A stretch of 64,000 nt of DNA from a virus (lineage: Duplodnaviria > Heunggongvirae > Uroviricota > Caudoviricetes), in IMG/VR virus record IMGVR_UViG_3300021166_000052, positions 133,424 to 197,423 of that record; one strand, 5' to 3'. Within the stretch, counting starts at the first letter, position 1; each line of letters opens with the position of its first letter. The notes below the pieces were generated by a model. The model was not told the origin of the DNA and made no database searches. It saw nothing but the letters and a program-made list of their open reading frames with translations. Both the position numbers and the translations under genes were made by a program. This document shows positions 14,199-27,965 of the stretch, one piece after another.

Positions 14199-15954
14199 TT
14201 TACAAAAAAATACTAAATTATCTATTTATACTATCGTCGGTGGTAGTAGAGTAGTGGATGGGCTTGGTTTTTCTTCATCAACAAATAGTTCTGTAGGTGG
14301 TATGATCAAGTTTTACCCAACTGGTTCTACTGAAGAGCTTGTATATGTAGTAGAAAAATTATCAAATACCGTTCCAGATTTACCAGCAGATAATATTACA
14401 TATCTTGGATATGAAAGTTCATAGCCTACATCACAAATTTATTCATTATTAAATGATAATGTATATTACAAACCATTTTATTATGACCCAACAAAAACAA
14501 TATCAGGTGTTTTACCTAATATAATTAGTGTAATGTATTCAGCAGCTAGTGAATTAACATTATCACAACAATTTGGAGTTGTTTCAAAAGATGAATATTA
14601 TGAAAATAAATATGAACGTGTTAAACATTTATTAAGTAATACTGTTACATTAGGAAGAAGATCATGTAGTACTTTAAATGGTATTAATAAAAATAAGTCC
14701 CAACAACGAACAACTATATACGCATCTGGATCAGTATTATGTGATTGGGATACGTATGCAGACGGAACACCTGATGCATTCATATACGGAATTAAATATT
14801 TATCAAGGGGATATTCAATTGATTATTATAATCAAAATATAGTCCCAATTAAAGTAACATCTTCTATAGATTCAACATCAACATCTCCTGTACATAATTC
14901 AATAATCGATACTAATGGTGACGGAGGTTATACTAAGAAAGCATTTACTACTAGTATATATTCAGTTACATATCATGACTATATGTATTTTGGTGAAGAT
15001 CCACTAGTTAATGAAATAGATGTGGAAACTACTATGTAGAGTGAATCATTAATAGATTTAAATAATTTTTTAGTATTAGCATATATAGATAAAAATAATC
15101 AATTTCAACGAGCTTTAATTGCTAACAAAGGATTAGGTGTTAATTCTACTTCATATTTAGAAAAAACACATAATAACTATGCATCTGTATACGTAGACCC
15201 TGCTATTTTTTATAGACCTACAACCATAGTTAAAGCTAGATAGGAAGATTGTTTAGTAGCTACTATTAACGATGATACTAGAGTTATTTATCCATGTACA
15301 AAGGGAGCTTCTACTTAGAATGGACTATCTACTCTTATTAGCTATATGACAATATTAGATAGAGAACAATTATTTGAAAAATGTACCCCCATTCAAGATG
15401 GTCAAGCCGATGGATATTATTCAAAAATGGGAATGGATATGAAACCCATTAAAGAAATTATAGCACAAGAAGGAAATTTACTAGTTCTTAATAATTTATT
15501 AAATATATTTGTTAAAAAAGAAAGATTAGAAAGATCGGTAACAAAGTGTGTTCCCATGGGAAGAAATTTATCTCATAGAACATTATATTCTGAAAGAGTA
15601 GGGGAACTTAATCAAGATTTCGATTCTAAAGAATTTACAGGTGGTGCCCTTCCTCTCAAAACCGAAACCCGCCCCGTATTTACTGCTAGAGCAACAGCGG
15701 GGGTGGGGGATGTTGCTCAAAATGTAGGGTATGGTAATGCTGTTTATTATGATGAAAGCGATGTTCAATTGATTGCTGATAATTTTGCAGCAATGAACAA
15801 AAATCTTAATAACCTAAGTATTACTTTTAGAGGAAAAGCCGATATATATGATTTAGAATCGGTTATTAACGTTGATTTTATTTTAGATAATGTAAACTAG
15901 GATATAGGAAGAAATACAACTACATTTACATGTCGTGCCGTACTTTTTAATTAA
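14167..15954 (+). CDS. Putative tail/baseplate protein, 595 aa (5 TAG)
   Basis: ORFs 14167, 14533 and 15346 are in frame with only TAG interruptions (AST*NG, NVN*DIG) and end at TAA 15952-15954. Confidence 0.7.
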
Positions 15955-15980
15955 TATAATAAAAAAAAGGATTATATAAT

Positions 15981-17117
15981 ATGTTAACAACACTACAAGG
16001 AAACTTGGGATCTAACTTAACAAACCCAGTATAGACTATATTTAATGATGTTATTTTTTGTAATGAAGGTGGTAAATCTACAATGTCATTAGTTGCTAAA
16101 AATATCCCTCCTATGCAACATAATGATATCCCAAATGAAATTTAGATCAGAGATTCTAAAACTACTACAAACTATTCCAAAATATCAAGTTATGTTAAAA
16201 CAGATTAGAATTCTGCTGGTAATCTAAATGAAATACCCCCATTCAGATTTCAAATCATTTATGATGGATATGATTTTTTGTATTATCCAGAATTTAAATT
16301 ATACGAACGTCCTTATTTATTATTAGAATATGACACTGAAGTTGGTAATAATGTAATTTACTTTGATAAAACAACGGGTAATGATTTAAAAAATTTAGCA
16401 TTTTTGAATGTAGGAGAAATTTTATATTTTAAAGATTATGATGTAGAATATAATATTTTTAGTATAACGGAATTAGTAAATTCATATGAAGTTTATCTTG
16501 ATAGAAACTTAGATGAGCCATATTTTAAAAATGATATTATTTTATTTAGAAATTTAAAATATGAATTACAAGCTAACTCTAATATTTTAAATGATTCTAC
16601 CGCTAGTACACTATCTCCGTTTAAAATTAAATTTATTGAAACATTTGATGCTAAATCATAGTTAATGAATGAATCATTAGGAAGTTCAACAAATTATACT
16701 CTATTAAACAATGACACCACCACAGTATTAGATATATGGGGTGATGATAAATTTGTTTCGTTGTCACAATATATGGATGTAACAGCATCATCAACTATAG
16801 CTTTAAATATAAACTTAACTGAACTAGATACAGTATTGGAATTAACCGATGAATATGATAAACTTGATATTCATTCATATGTCACTATTAAAAGTTCTAA
16901 TGGTATTGAAATAGTAAAAGTTACAGAAAAGATATCAAATATTAGATATACTATAGAACGAGGCCAATTTAATACATTATCAGTAGAACATAATAGTGCA
17001 GAGGCCGTTTTATATTTTCCTAAATTTGTATATTTTATATTATTACCATAGAATAAAGCCATTGATAAACGGTATGTTGTATATAGAAATATTGATTTTA
17101 TATTAACATGGGTTTAA
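15981..17117 (+). CDS. Putative structural protein, 378 aa (5 TAG)
   Basis: AAGGA SD, ATG 15981, TAG-only interruptions (NPV*TIF, EI*IRD, LP*NK). Contains a phage-tail-like TIERGQFNT segment. Confidence 0.7.
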
Positions 17118-17123
17118 TGTAAT

Positions 17124-18968
17124 ATGCTTAATAATATTTATTATAGTACTGATAATATTATCAATGGAATATCAATCAATACAGACTTAAATGATATTTT
17201 TGAATGTGCAAATATAACACAAACTATTTCACTTGATGCAACTACATTCAATATGTCATATCGTAGTATATATCCAACATTATTCGATAGTACTATAGAA
17301 CCATCTGAAAATGTTATAATAAATAGTTATTAGAAATATATAGAATTTAAACCTTTGACAACTACCCTAATTAGTATTGTTTTAGCTGATGATTATATGA
17401 ATTTATGTTGTGATAAATTATGCACCGATTCATATATTTATAAACTAAATGAATTTAATTTTACAATGGGTGGAGAAGTTAGTAATTATGATAATCCATC
17501 TGCCATTTTCTTATTTGAGCAAAAAAACCCATTAACAAATAATATTGTTTATGACTATATACTAAATTCATTAGGAGGAGAAACATATTATGGTGGGAAA
17601 CGATAGGATTTAGTTATTAAAAAGGAAATGGTTGGTTATGTTGAAGAACAATATATACCAGAGTATACTATAAAATGTATAGATGCCACTAATAATGTAA
17701 TTTATAAAAATATATTTTTAAAAGATTTAGGTTAGTCGAATAGTGAAGGTATTGTTACATCTACATTCTATGATATTGACACTACTTCATCATCTAATAT
17801 AGATGACACTTGGATATCAGGAAAAACATTATAGATCCTATTAAATACAAAAGCATTTTCAACTTATTTTACATCTTTAAGAGAACTATATAAAGAAATA
17901 TATCTAGTTTTGAAAATAAAAAATTAGTCGGATGATGTAAAGTTGCGTATTTATAATGATAAGTTTTATTTTAGATAGTACAGAGGATGTACATTTTATT
18001 ATAATACAGATATAAGAAATATAAACGAATTGGTGACATTTAATTCATAGTTTTTAAATAGAGGGGCATTCATAAAACACACTTCAAATGATATAATGAA
18101 AGCTACTAAAGTAGATGTTAATAATGTAGAATTTAGTTTAAATAATAATGTGTTTACTATAGTAGATGCTGATATGGATAGAAGATTATTAAATAGCACT
18201 AATTATATAGTAGAGAACGGGTTCAAAAGATATTCCCCATTAGAACTTTATAATGATTCTACAAATGTGTTGGCTATAACCATAAAAGATATGGTACAGG
18301 ATTCAATTTTCAAAATGAATAATGATTTATCATTTTCACTTATGAGAAACTATACCCCGACTAATATGACAACGTGTTAGTATAATCCAACTGATACAAC
18401 AACACTTATTTCTGATTTTAGATATAGTTATGCATCAGAAAGAACCGATTTTACTAATACCACAACAACTGGTGATATACTAAAAGCCTCTATATTTAAT
18501 TCAGAGAGAACCAATCCATTATCAATTAGTTATGATGATATTACTTCTATATTAGAAACATTATCAAATGATATTAAAGTAAATGTGTTTTAGAGAAAAA
18601 CATCTCAATTACAATCATATGTTTATGTACAATTTAAAAAAGATGGGGAATTAAATTATCTACGTAAATATATATCACCTGATATTATAGATTTGATTCT
18701 AAATAACATAATGCTAAGTATAACTAAAATTGAATTAGCTAATAACACCCCAATGTTGTCTATGTGGAAACCACCCCAACAGCATATAACTAGGTATGCA
18801 GATAAAGAAGGATCAGTGACATACATCTATTTAATAAATGATATGGAAATACTTAGTATAAATGGTATATATAATAAAACTGTCATAGAAAATAATTACG
18901 ATAATGAATACTCTAATGAACCTTCTTATTATATACCAACCGATGTTGTAGTTATAGACAGTAACTAA
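17124..18968 (+). CDS. Putative structural protein, 614 aa (multiple TAG)
   Basis: Four ORF pieces in one frame; the gaps contain only TAG. Confidence 0.7.
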
Positions 18969-19006
18969 ACACAAATTAATATAATAAATTACAAAGGCCA
19001 CTTAAT

Positions 19007-20251
19007 ATGAGAGTATTTTATGAAAATTTAATTACCGCTGTAGAGAATTCATATAATGATAAATCTACATTAGAGAATGTTCTATACCTTGAAGACATTA
19101 TCAAGAATACTACAACCGATATATATGTACAGTATAAAAAGAAAACAAACCGTAATATCAATTATAATCTAAGTTCCATTGATATAGGTGGTATAATAAA
19201 AATAAGAAACCATTTATATTTCATTAACAATAATAGATCAACTTATAATAACTATATTACATTTGAAACCACTAAGGATAATATAATTAAGATCGTAATA
19301 AGAAATCCACACATAACAAATGTTAATCCATATGTTGTGGAAATATATCTTAACGAAACATTGATAGAAACAATATCATATGAAGATGAATACTCTGCTA
19401 ATAATCAAAAAGTAATTCAGTTAGATTCTACCACATTAGGAACCATACTGAATATAACATAGCCTTTATATATAGCAGAAGATGAGTCAGTAGAATATAA
19501 CATATATACTATTAACGTAACAGAAGAACCATCATTACATAAATATTTATGTACATTAGATAGACAGAATAATGCTCTCATATTTGATAAGAAATATATA
19601 GAAGGACAACTAAATGTTCTATTACAATCAAGAGGTTCAATATTAAGAGCATCAACCATTAACGAACTATATAAAACCAATGCTAATAGCTTCGTTCAAT
19701 TTGACCCTAATACGAATAACATTTATATACCAATAAACCAGCTATTTAAAGATGGTACTAAATTAAGATACATAAAATCTCAATAGGTAACAGTTGATCC
19801 AGACCAGATACCAGTAGGTTATAATCTATTAGGTATTTATTTAGATGATGGTGGTATTATTATGTATGATAATATATTACATAATAGTAGTTATGGTAGT
19901 TTGCTTAATGTAGTAAATAATTATACATTAGATGTGGAACGAAAGACAAGACAATATTATGGTTTTATCATAGGGATAAATAATATAAATAAGTTTACTC
20001 CATTAGATGTTTTCTTTTATGGTTTAGGTTCAGGTGGTTCAGCAACAGGAGGAGCTAGTAAAATTTCAGATCAATTTGAATTAGCTACTGAAATGGAAGT
20101 AAATTATGCTGGTGGGACAGTAGTACCATTTGTAACAATATTCGATGATAATGGTAATCAGATAGTACCAGAAGAAGTACACTATAACTATAATAATAAG
20201 ATAACAATAACATTTGGAGAATTACTTTCAGGATAGGTTGCCGTTATATGA
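19007..20251 (+). CDS. Putative structural protein, 414 aa (3 TAG)
   Basis: In-frame pieces; C-terminal domain PFVTIFDDNGNQIVP...KITITFGELLSG*VAVI; TGA stop overlaps the next ATG (ATGA). Confidence 0.7.
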
Positions 20252-21885
20252 AACACTTAGGAACACAACATTTTAAAAATATTAATGCTTCTAACGAAGT
20301 AACAGCATTTACTGGTAATATACTAAATAAGTTAAATATTCCATTACATAGACCACTAGAAGGAGCAATATATGGAGATGTATTCTTTGAAGGTAGTCAA
20401 ATAAACATTACTAATAGTGATAATGAAATAGTATCCTTATTAGATATAAATAATCCAGATGTATTAAAGAGTTTATTATTATCAGAAATAGTATTCGATG
20501 AATTCTATAACCATGATAAAGAACAAGAAGCAAGTGGATCATTCCATACTAAGGTAGATACCACAACATTAGATCAGTTAGATATAAATTATACATTGGA
20601 TTGCACTACTGATTAGACTACTAATTCCATAGTAATAGATTTCACTAATTCAGTACAAGCAGAAATTCTATTCGATCTATTAATAAAAGCTAAAACATAT
20701 AACATTCCAATTTATACTATATTAACAGATAGTACATCTAATAACATTTATATGGTTTATTATGATAATCTAATCTATGATCAAGCCAATACACTATTAA
20801 CCATTAAATTAGATTCATTTATAAACAGTTCAATATTAGATGACGCAACAAACAAAGACATAGTAGAGATAACATTAAAAACATTTCTTTTCACTGATAC
20901 TACCGTAGTAGATAATTATATATCATTACCTAATCATTATCATACACTTAAAGATGTTAGTGATATAGAAGAGAAAACAAACACAGAAAATGGATTCGTT
21001 AGGTTAATTGATAATAATATAATTAAGATGGATTTCCCATAGTATCTTTATGTTGATAAATTTAAAGTAAACAATTCTTACTTAGAGAAAGATTAGAAAG
21101 ATTCAATCCTAAAGAAAAAAGTATTCGATGTAACTTTAAATAGAACTCAATTTGATGAAGATTTACAATATACTGACACTACTATTGACTTAGGAGGCGG
21201 GGACATTGTAATAGAATACACATTCAATCAATTAGTACTAAACATTACCGATACCATCGAACTATCAACAACAGACAATTAGGAATTGAACACCACACGA
21301 CAACACACCATCATAGATAACACAGCCTATGTAAATTCATATCTAGTGGAATTACTAAAATTCGATTATAATCAGCTAATTGCCCCAAATCCACAGGGGG
21401 TTATTTCCCTTTTAGATACCACTTTTATTTAGGTTGATAAAACTACCATAGACTCACAAAACTACCAAATATATCACTTACTCGACGGTACTGTCACCAC
21501 TATAAATTGCTACTACGACATTTCCATCACCCAACCAAACCAAACCACAGTACCGTTTATTACCATACAGACCCAAAATTTGTACAAAGATGATGATGGC
21601 TTAATACAAATATCGATCCCCCAAATCTACACCCACATCACTGGGACAAAACACATCTCTCTAAAAAATGACAGCAACTTCTATCTCACTTTTGATTCCA
21701 CTGCCATTCCCATTACCATAGAGATTTACATGTTAGATCTAATTACCAACACATAGGAACTAATAGACAGCCTTACCCTTACTGACCATAATAAAAGAAG
21801 AAATCTCCAGAGAGGTAGACTTAAATTTGTATCTTCTACAAATCTTAATCAATATAATCTAACCTTCTTTAATAGGACGCTCTAA
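20248..21885 (+). CDS. Putative structural protein, 545 aa (6 TAG)
   Basis: Single frame to TAA 21883-21885 with only TAG interruptions. Confidence 0.7.
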
Positions 21886-21968
21886 AATGGGCCTGATTTT
21901 CTAATTTTAAACTAATGTGAGTCCCACTATATAAAAAATAAAACTTATCAACACAGAGGCAAATAACC

Positions 21969-22814
21969 ATGAACACGACCCCAATTAAATATCCCATCAT
22001 AGTTCTTACTGGCCATTATGGATGTGGTAAATCTTACGCAGCTAAACTGGTTAAAAATGATCTATCTATTGCAGTTAATGTAAATAAATATGATTTTATT
22101 ACACGTTGGCTTATGTATATATTAGATATCAGTCCAGTATTTACTTCATATAATTAGATTGATAAAGATTTTATTGATTATCATCTATTAAATGATCCAT
22201 CTACCAAGCATACCCTAGATTATATTAAAGATTCTATGGCTCTTGCTAATGGAACTATGACTAGTGACATACTAGCATACACCCTACGTAATCTCTTTAA
22301 AATTGATAATATAACTATTAAAGATCTATTTTATACAGAGATCTATGAATACTTTGATACTGTAAAATTAGTATAGGACAATCGTAAGAATGCTGATATT
22401 TCACTTTTGTTTAAAATAACAATTGCTTTCTATGATCTATTACTTAGTAGATGGTTTGATTAGACTAATAAACATGATTGTTATCGTTACTTAGATACTG
22501 TATTAGAACCATATAAAAGTATATAGGAAACTAACCACAATAGAATCGTATTCTATGCATACTCTTTAAATGAGATTCTTTATTTTAAAGAAAAATATAA
22601 TAGTCCTGTTATCTAGTTAGATATGGATCATGCAATACGTTCTAATTGTTTAGCTGCATCAGATGATACTATGAAATTGGATATGTTAAATAACGATGCC
22701 TATAAAGTAGAAATGGCAGCGATGAAAGAATCATCTACTGCCATCGTTAAAAATGATTTTGATTTTAATTCTGCTATAAGTAATAAGATTAAATACGTTA
22801 TAGATTTCGAATAA
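21969..22814 (+). CDS. P-loop nucleoside-monophosphate-kinase-like protein, 281 aa (5 TAG)
   Basis: N-terminal Walker A IIVLTGHYGCGKS; later PVI*LD strand and IVKND motif typical of dNMP/dephospho-CoA kinase folds. Confidence 0.6.
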
Positions 22815-22832
22815 TTAAGTTAATCTTTTTTA

Positions 22833-25535
22833 TTATTCATAAAATAAAGCAGTGTTTCTCAGTCTATTTTGCTGGTAAAGCTGCTTTATTTTATTTAATC
22901 TCCACGTTGATAGCTTTTGTTCATATATCTGAATCATTCCAAAACTCATATACTCTTCGGTTTTATCATTATGAGCTTTATATCCTCTATCTTCAATATA
23001 TTTATCATAACCTAATGGCGATGGTAAGTCTCTCTAGTATTCTTCCTCGTAATTATCATCACTCTAAAAGTTAATAATTATATTAGCATCCCCTAAATTA
23101 AAATCATGTATACCTGTCCTATATGTTGGTAATATCACAATGTAGTATTTTTGTCCTTTAACAATAGGATATCTCATACTAACATTATCATCTATAATAG
23201 TATAACCAGAGTAATGAAGATTTTCACTATATGTCATATTATCAGGATACTCCCCTTCATACAATAACCACATAGTATTCCACCACCCTGCATTATTATC
23301 AGTATCAATATAAAACTGAGTTGCATCAGAAGTAAATTCTATAATTACCATATCATCAACTGGCCACGTTTCATACCAAGGAAATAATTTAGGTATATCA
23401 AGTCCCCATGCATAATAAGGTCTATTAGCATTCATTAACTACTTATTAACATCTAATGTATAATAATATACACCAGTAGTAGTATCAGCTTGATCCAATT
23501 TAACTGTATTTCTATAATACTTAATTGATTCTCTTGTTGGTAACTCTTGATTAGCTTCTTCTCTAGTAGTCTAATTAGGGGTTTTTTTATGTGTAATAAC
23601 ATTATACATTGTTAAATTACAATTACTAATATCAGTAGTTACATCTAAACTACAAAATAAAGTAGTATCATTCTAGCACTCATATGTTAAATGTCCATCT
23701 TTATGAGTAATAATATGGAATAAAGAATCATATATATCAGTGTTATCCCAACTATGTATATCTACATTCCACACCATATTATCTATAGAGTTGGTTATGT
23801 CATTACATACTATAATTTTTCCATATACATTCTGCTAAAAATCTCCAATCTTCATATAGTTATTCAAATATCCATACTTATTTGTCATGAAAGTAAAGGT
23901 AAACTCATTCCTATATTCATTTAAGTCTGTCAACATAACATTAGATATATTGGTGTTATTCATTGTATTATATGATATATAATCTTCTGGCTATATAGAC
24001 TCAGCACTACATACGGGAGCCAAACCTTCAAAACATGGAACAATTAAATCACCCGCCATGGTATCTAATTTCCGAGGGCTTCCGAAAAAATTTATTATCT
24101 GATCATTATAATTGTATAAATATGGACCATATGTGACAGAAAAAATCGAGTCAGAATCAAATTTAGGTTTATCATATTCATCTACTTCAGTATGTTGATA
24201 ACTACTTTGGAAATACTAGGAATCCGGCACTTGATAACATAATGGTACTGATGTACTACCATTATCAACATAATTCTAATCATTAAATGAATTGTTAATT
24301 GGGTCTAATGTTACTTCATATTTTTTAAATACATTAGCATTACCAATATAACGTCTAATATTATGTAAATGTGATGAATGTGGTAATACTGCGGTTATTT
24401 TAAATTTTTCTTCTAATGTATTAAATGGATATGAATGTACAAGTTTTGGAGTTCCTGTAAAATTAGACTATACTCTAACTACATTCAATCCTTCAGTGTC
24501 AATGGTTTCTATATAATATACATTGTTAAAATATTGATCTGTATAAAATTTAGAATTTATAATATCTCTTTTATCTGATAATTTATTTGAAGACTATAAA
24601 TTATATGCTTTAAAGAAATATTCATTACCCAACATCATAGAGTAATATTGATCCTCTATGTCTTTATTTATAACTGGAAATATTTTATCTAATAAACACA
24701 TATCATAAATCACTGATGTAGAATCATAACTTTTAATATAGATGATATTTTTATATAATGGAACCTGTGAAATATTTAAGTTAATGTTATTTAATATAGT
24801 CCCATCTATTTTATTTGTGATTTTAAATGAGTAAGCATCAATATCACCTTCAATATAAAAATCATTATCATTAATAGCGAAAATGAATTTATTTCTAAAT
24901 CCTCTTTCAGCTACTATTTTTATATCAGAACTATTTTCTACTATATCATATACTATAATATCATCAAACAATACACAATTCATATGACCCAATAAATCAG
25001 TTTGACCATTTATACTATTTATATAATCATCAAACTCCTGTAAATTTATAAAGTCCGTATCTCTAAATATAAATGTAATATTAACTGTATTATCTAAATT
25101 TAATGAAGAAATATAGTTAGTATCATATAGATAATTATTATTTAATAAGTTATGTTTTAGGTAATTATTATATATTAAATTATGTAAATTTAAAGTTATA
25201 TTAGCAGAATATCGGTTTTCAATTGAAGTGATATCATTAATATTATTTATGGTATAATAGTATTTTTTAGTTAATGGGATACCATCTAATAATTGATAGA
25301 ATTCAAATTCTTCTTCAGATGTTATTGTATGAATACCACAACATTTTATATATTTATCATATATACTAGAAACTTGTAATACTTTATTAACATTGCCATA
25401 ATATTTATTTATATATTCATTATTTATAAATTTACTATCATCAATTAAATTAGATATAATCAATTCATATTTAGTGTACTATGATTCAAATATATTAGAT
25501 TCTGGTAAATTTATAATTGTATTAGTGTTAAACAT
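22833..25535 (-). CDS. Large tail/structural protein, 900 aa (multiple TAG), with a possible LamG-like C-terminus
   Basis: ATG 25535 with GAAAGG SD; one frame to TAA 22833; ends ...QIYEQKLS...IKQLY. Confidence 0.65.
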
Positions 25536-25537
25536 AT

Positions 25538-27955
25538 TTAAACCTTTCTTGTGTAATATAATTTATAATGAAAAATGTTATTATTTGTGAGTATTGGTTC
25601 TAGTTCATTAATTCCAGCAACTTGATGTAGTGTAGCTGTCGCTGGAATGGTGTAGTTAAAATTAAAAGATGGACGTATATTATAATCAAAATCATTAGAT
25701 TGCTAATCATAAATATTATCAGTTATGAATACCATAATAAAGTCAGTTGATGGGTCCATATTTATGGTTGATAAATCTATACTATAATCAACATTTTCAG
25801 TTAATGTATCTATAGTTATGATATCATCAATTGTATCAACCTACCCATCTTCATTTTTAAATTTTTCCTATATAACAATACCATTACTTATTTGAGATAC
25901 CTGAATATAAACTGGAATCGACACATTAGTATTAACATTTATAGATTCAACATTTTTATGAAATAGACAATAATTAGTATTAGCTTTTTCAATAACTAAT
26001 TCATTGGTACTACTAGAATCATACTCATATGTTTTAATTTTAGTTACTATTTTAATATTATTTTTTTCAGGAACATTAAAATCATATTCATAATTATTAT
26101 AGTCAGTAATATATAAATTAAGTTCTGATAAAAATGATAATAATTTTTGATAGGTTAAATTAAAATTCATTTTTATATTTATAAAATGGTTAATATTATG
26201 TGCATTTAATAATTCTATCGATTGTCTATCTCCTATATTAGTTATATGATATTGCTCTACAATAGTGGCATCATCGGTTGCTTCATAATTATTATAATCA
26301 TATGTGAAAACCTGTACATCTAACGATTCTAGTGAATTATAACTTAATATGTCACTATGTTTATAACAAGTATTATTAATATCAAATTCAATCGTAGTAG
26401 AATCCACATTCATATTATATAAGTAAGGATAATAATTTAATTTATCTAAAATTACTCTACCTGATATAAATGTAGTAAATGGTATTTGTGTTAATATGGG
26501 TTTAAATTTATTAAAATTACGAGTGTCATATTGTGTCACGTATGCAGTTTTATTAGTAGTTACAAGTTCAGCGTTGTATCCCGGTAAAAAATTTGTCTAT
26601 GCAGTTAATCTTGGATATTGTATATCACCCATGATTGACTACAACCCATTAGACCCCTCTTCGCCAGTATCAAAAATACCACCAGTTAATTCATGGTGTA
26701 AGGTGTAATTGTTAAAAACCAAATTATCACCATCTTCATCCTTTTCTCCAACATTAGAAAGATTTAATTGTTGTTGAATGGAAACTTTAATCTTTGATAC
26801 AACCCGTGGGGTTATTGGGACCATTTTTTCAAAATCAATAATTGCTGGTCCTCGGAGTGATCTATATCCCATAACAATCTATTCATTTAATAATTCATCA
26901 AATCCATAAACTGTTATATAAACTATTCCATAATTATTAGCTGGTATATAATCAGAATACATTGAAAATGATGTATTAACTAATTCATGATTAAAACTTA
27001 TTTGAGTTATGCTTGGATCGCTTTGTAGTATATATCTACTAGAATAATATCCGCCATTGAAATTCTAATTTCTAAAGTTTATATTTTTAATATTAAAAAA
27101 ATAACCACTTATAGTATTTATAAGTTGTGATTCATTAAATGTATATTGTATTTCATATTCTAATAATTTATTATCTCGTACTAATTTTTTAGTATCGGGT
27201 AATTCATAACAAAACTAATGTTCATTATCATTTAAATTAGCATACATTCGTAAAGTATCTTGAAGTATCATATAATATTTAGTTAAAATATTAGTATCAT
27301 ATTGTACATAAGCTAATGGTATATCTGATGTATAATAGTCTACTGGTGCAATATCATAAAAACCAACATCCTACATTTTATCAAACTACCAACCTTCATT
27401 ATATTTTAAATAAGTATTAACATTTTTATATCGTGCCATCTTCTACAACTGATCAACATTAGTAGTTACAGTTTGAAAATTATAGGTTCGTAAGTAATCT
27501 TGATAGTTATAGTATGGATATATTGTTGAATAATTGGCAATTGCTACTTTCTTTAAATATAAATCACTTAGGGGCATTACTTCATAGTTTCTATTAAAAG
27601 AAATAGTACCATCGGGTCCAATTTCATCATCTAAATGTGTGCGCGGCCACCAATCAACTGATGGATAATTATTTTTTAAAAAAGGTTCCGATTTTAAAAC
27701 ATTACTCTCTTTATTATAAAATTTATAATAATTATTATAAGTTGTTTCATTTTGTTCTGGAATAAATCTATTAACTAAACATATATTATTTGTAAAATCA
27801 GATTGAGCATCAATTAAATCTTGTAAAGTAAAAACCAGATCAATAGAGTTTCCCCCTATGATTTCCATTGATGATGAATAGTCGGTAGTATTGATAATAT
27901 CATCATATACATCTTTAAAATATAATGAATTGGGTGTATTAATTAAATTTTGCAT
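25538..27955 (-). CDS. Large structural protein, 805 aa (multiple TAG)
   Basis: ORFs 27443-27955, 26639-26872 and 25868-26539 are in frame; gaps contain only TAG. Confidence 0.7.
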
Positions 27956-27965
27956 GTAAAAACCA

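Noticed and set aside
22841..22892. Inverted repeat AAAATAAAGCAG...CTGCTTTATTTT as a standalone intergenic element
   Set aside because: After readthrough it lies inside the 3' end of the 22833-25535 gene. It may still help terminate the convergent gene, but support is weak.
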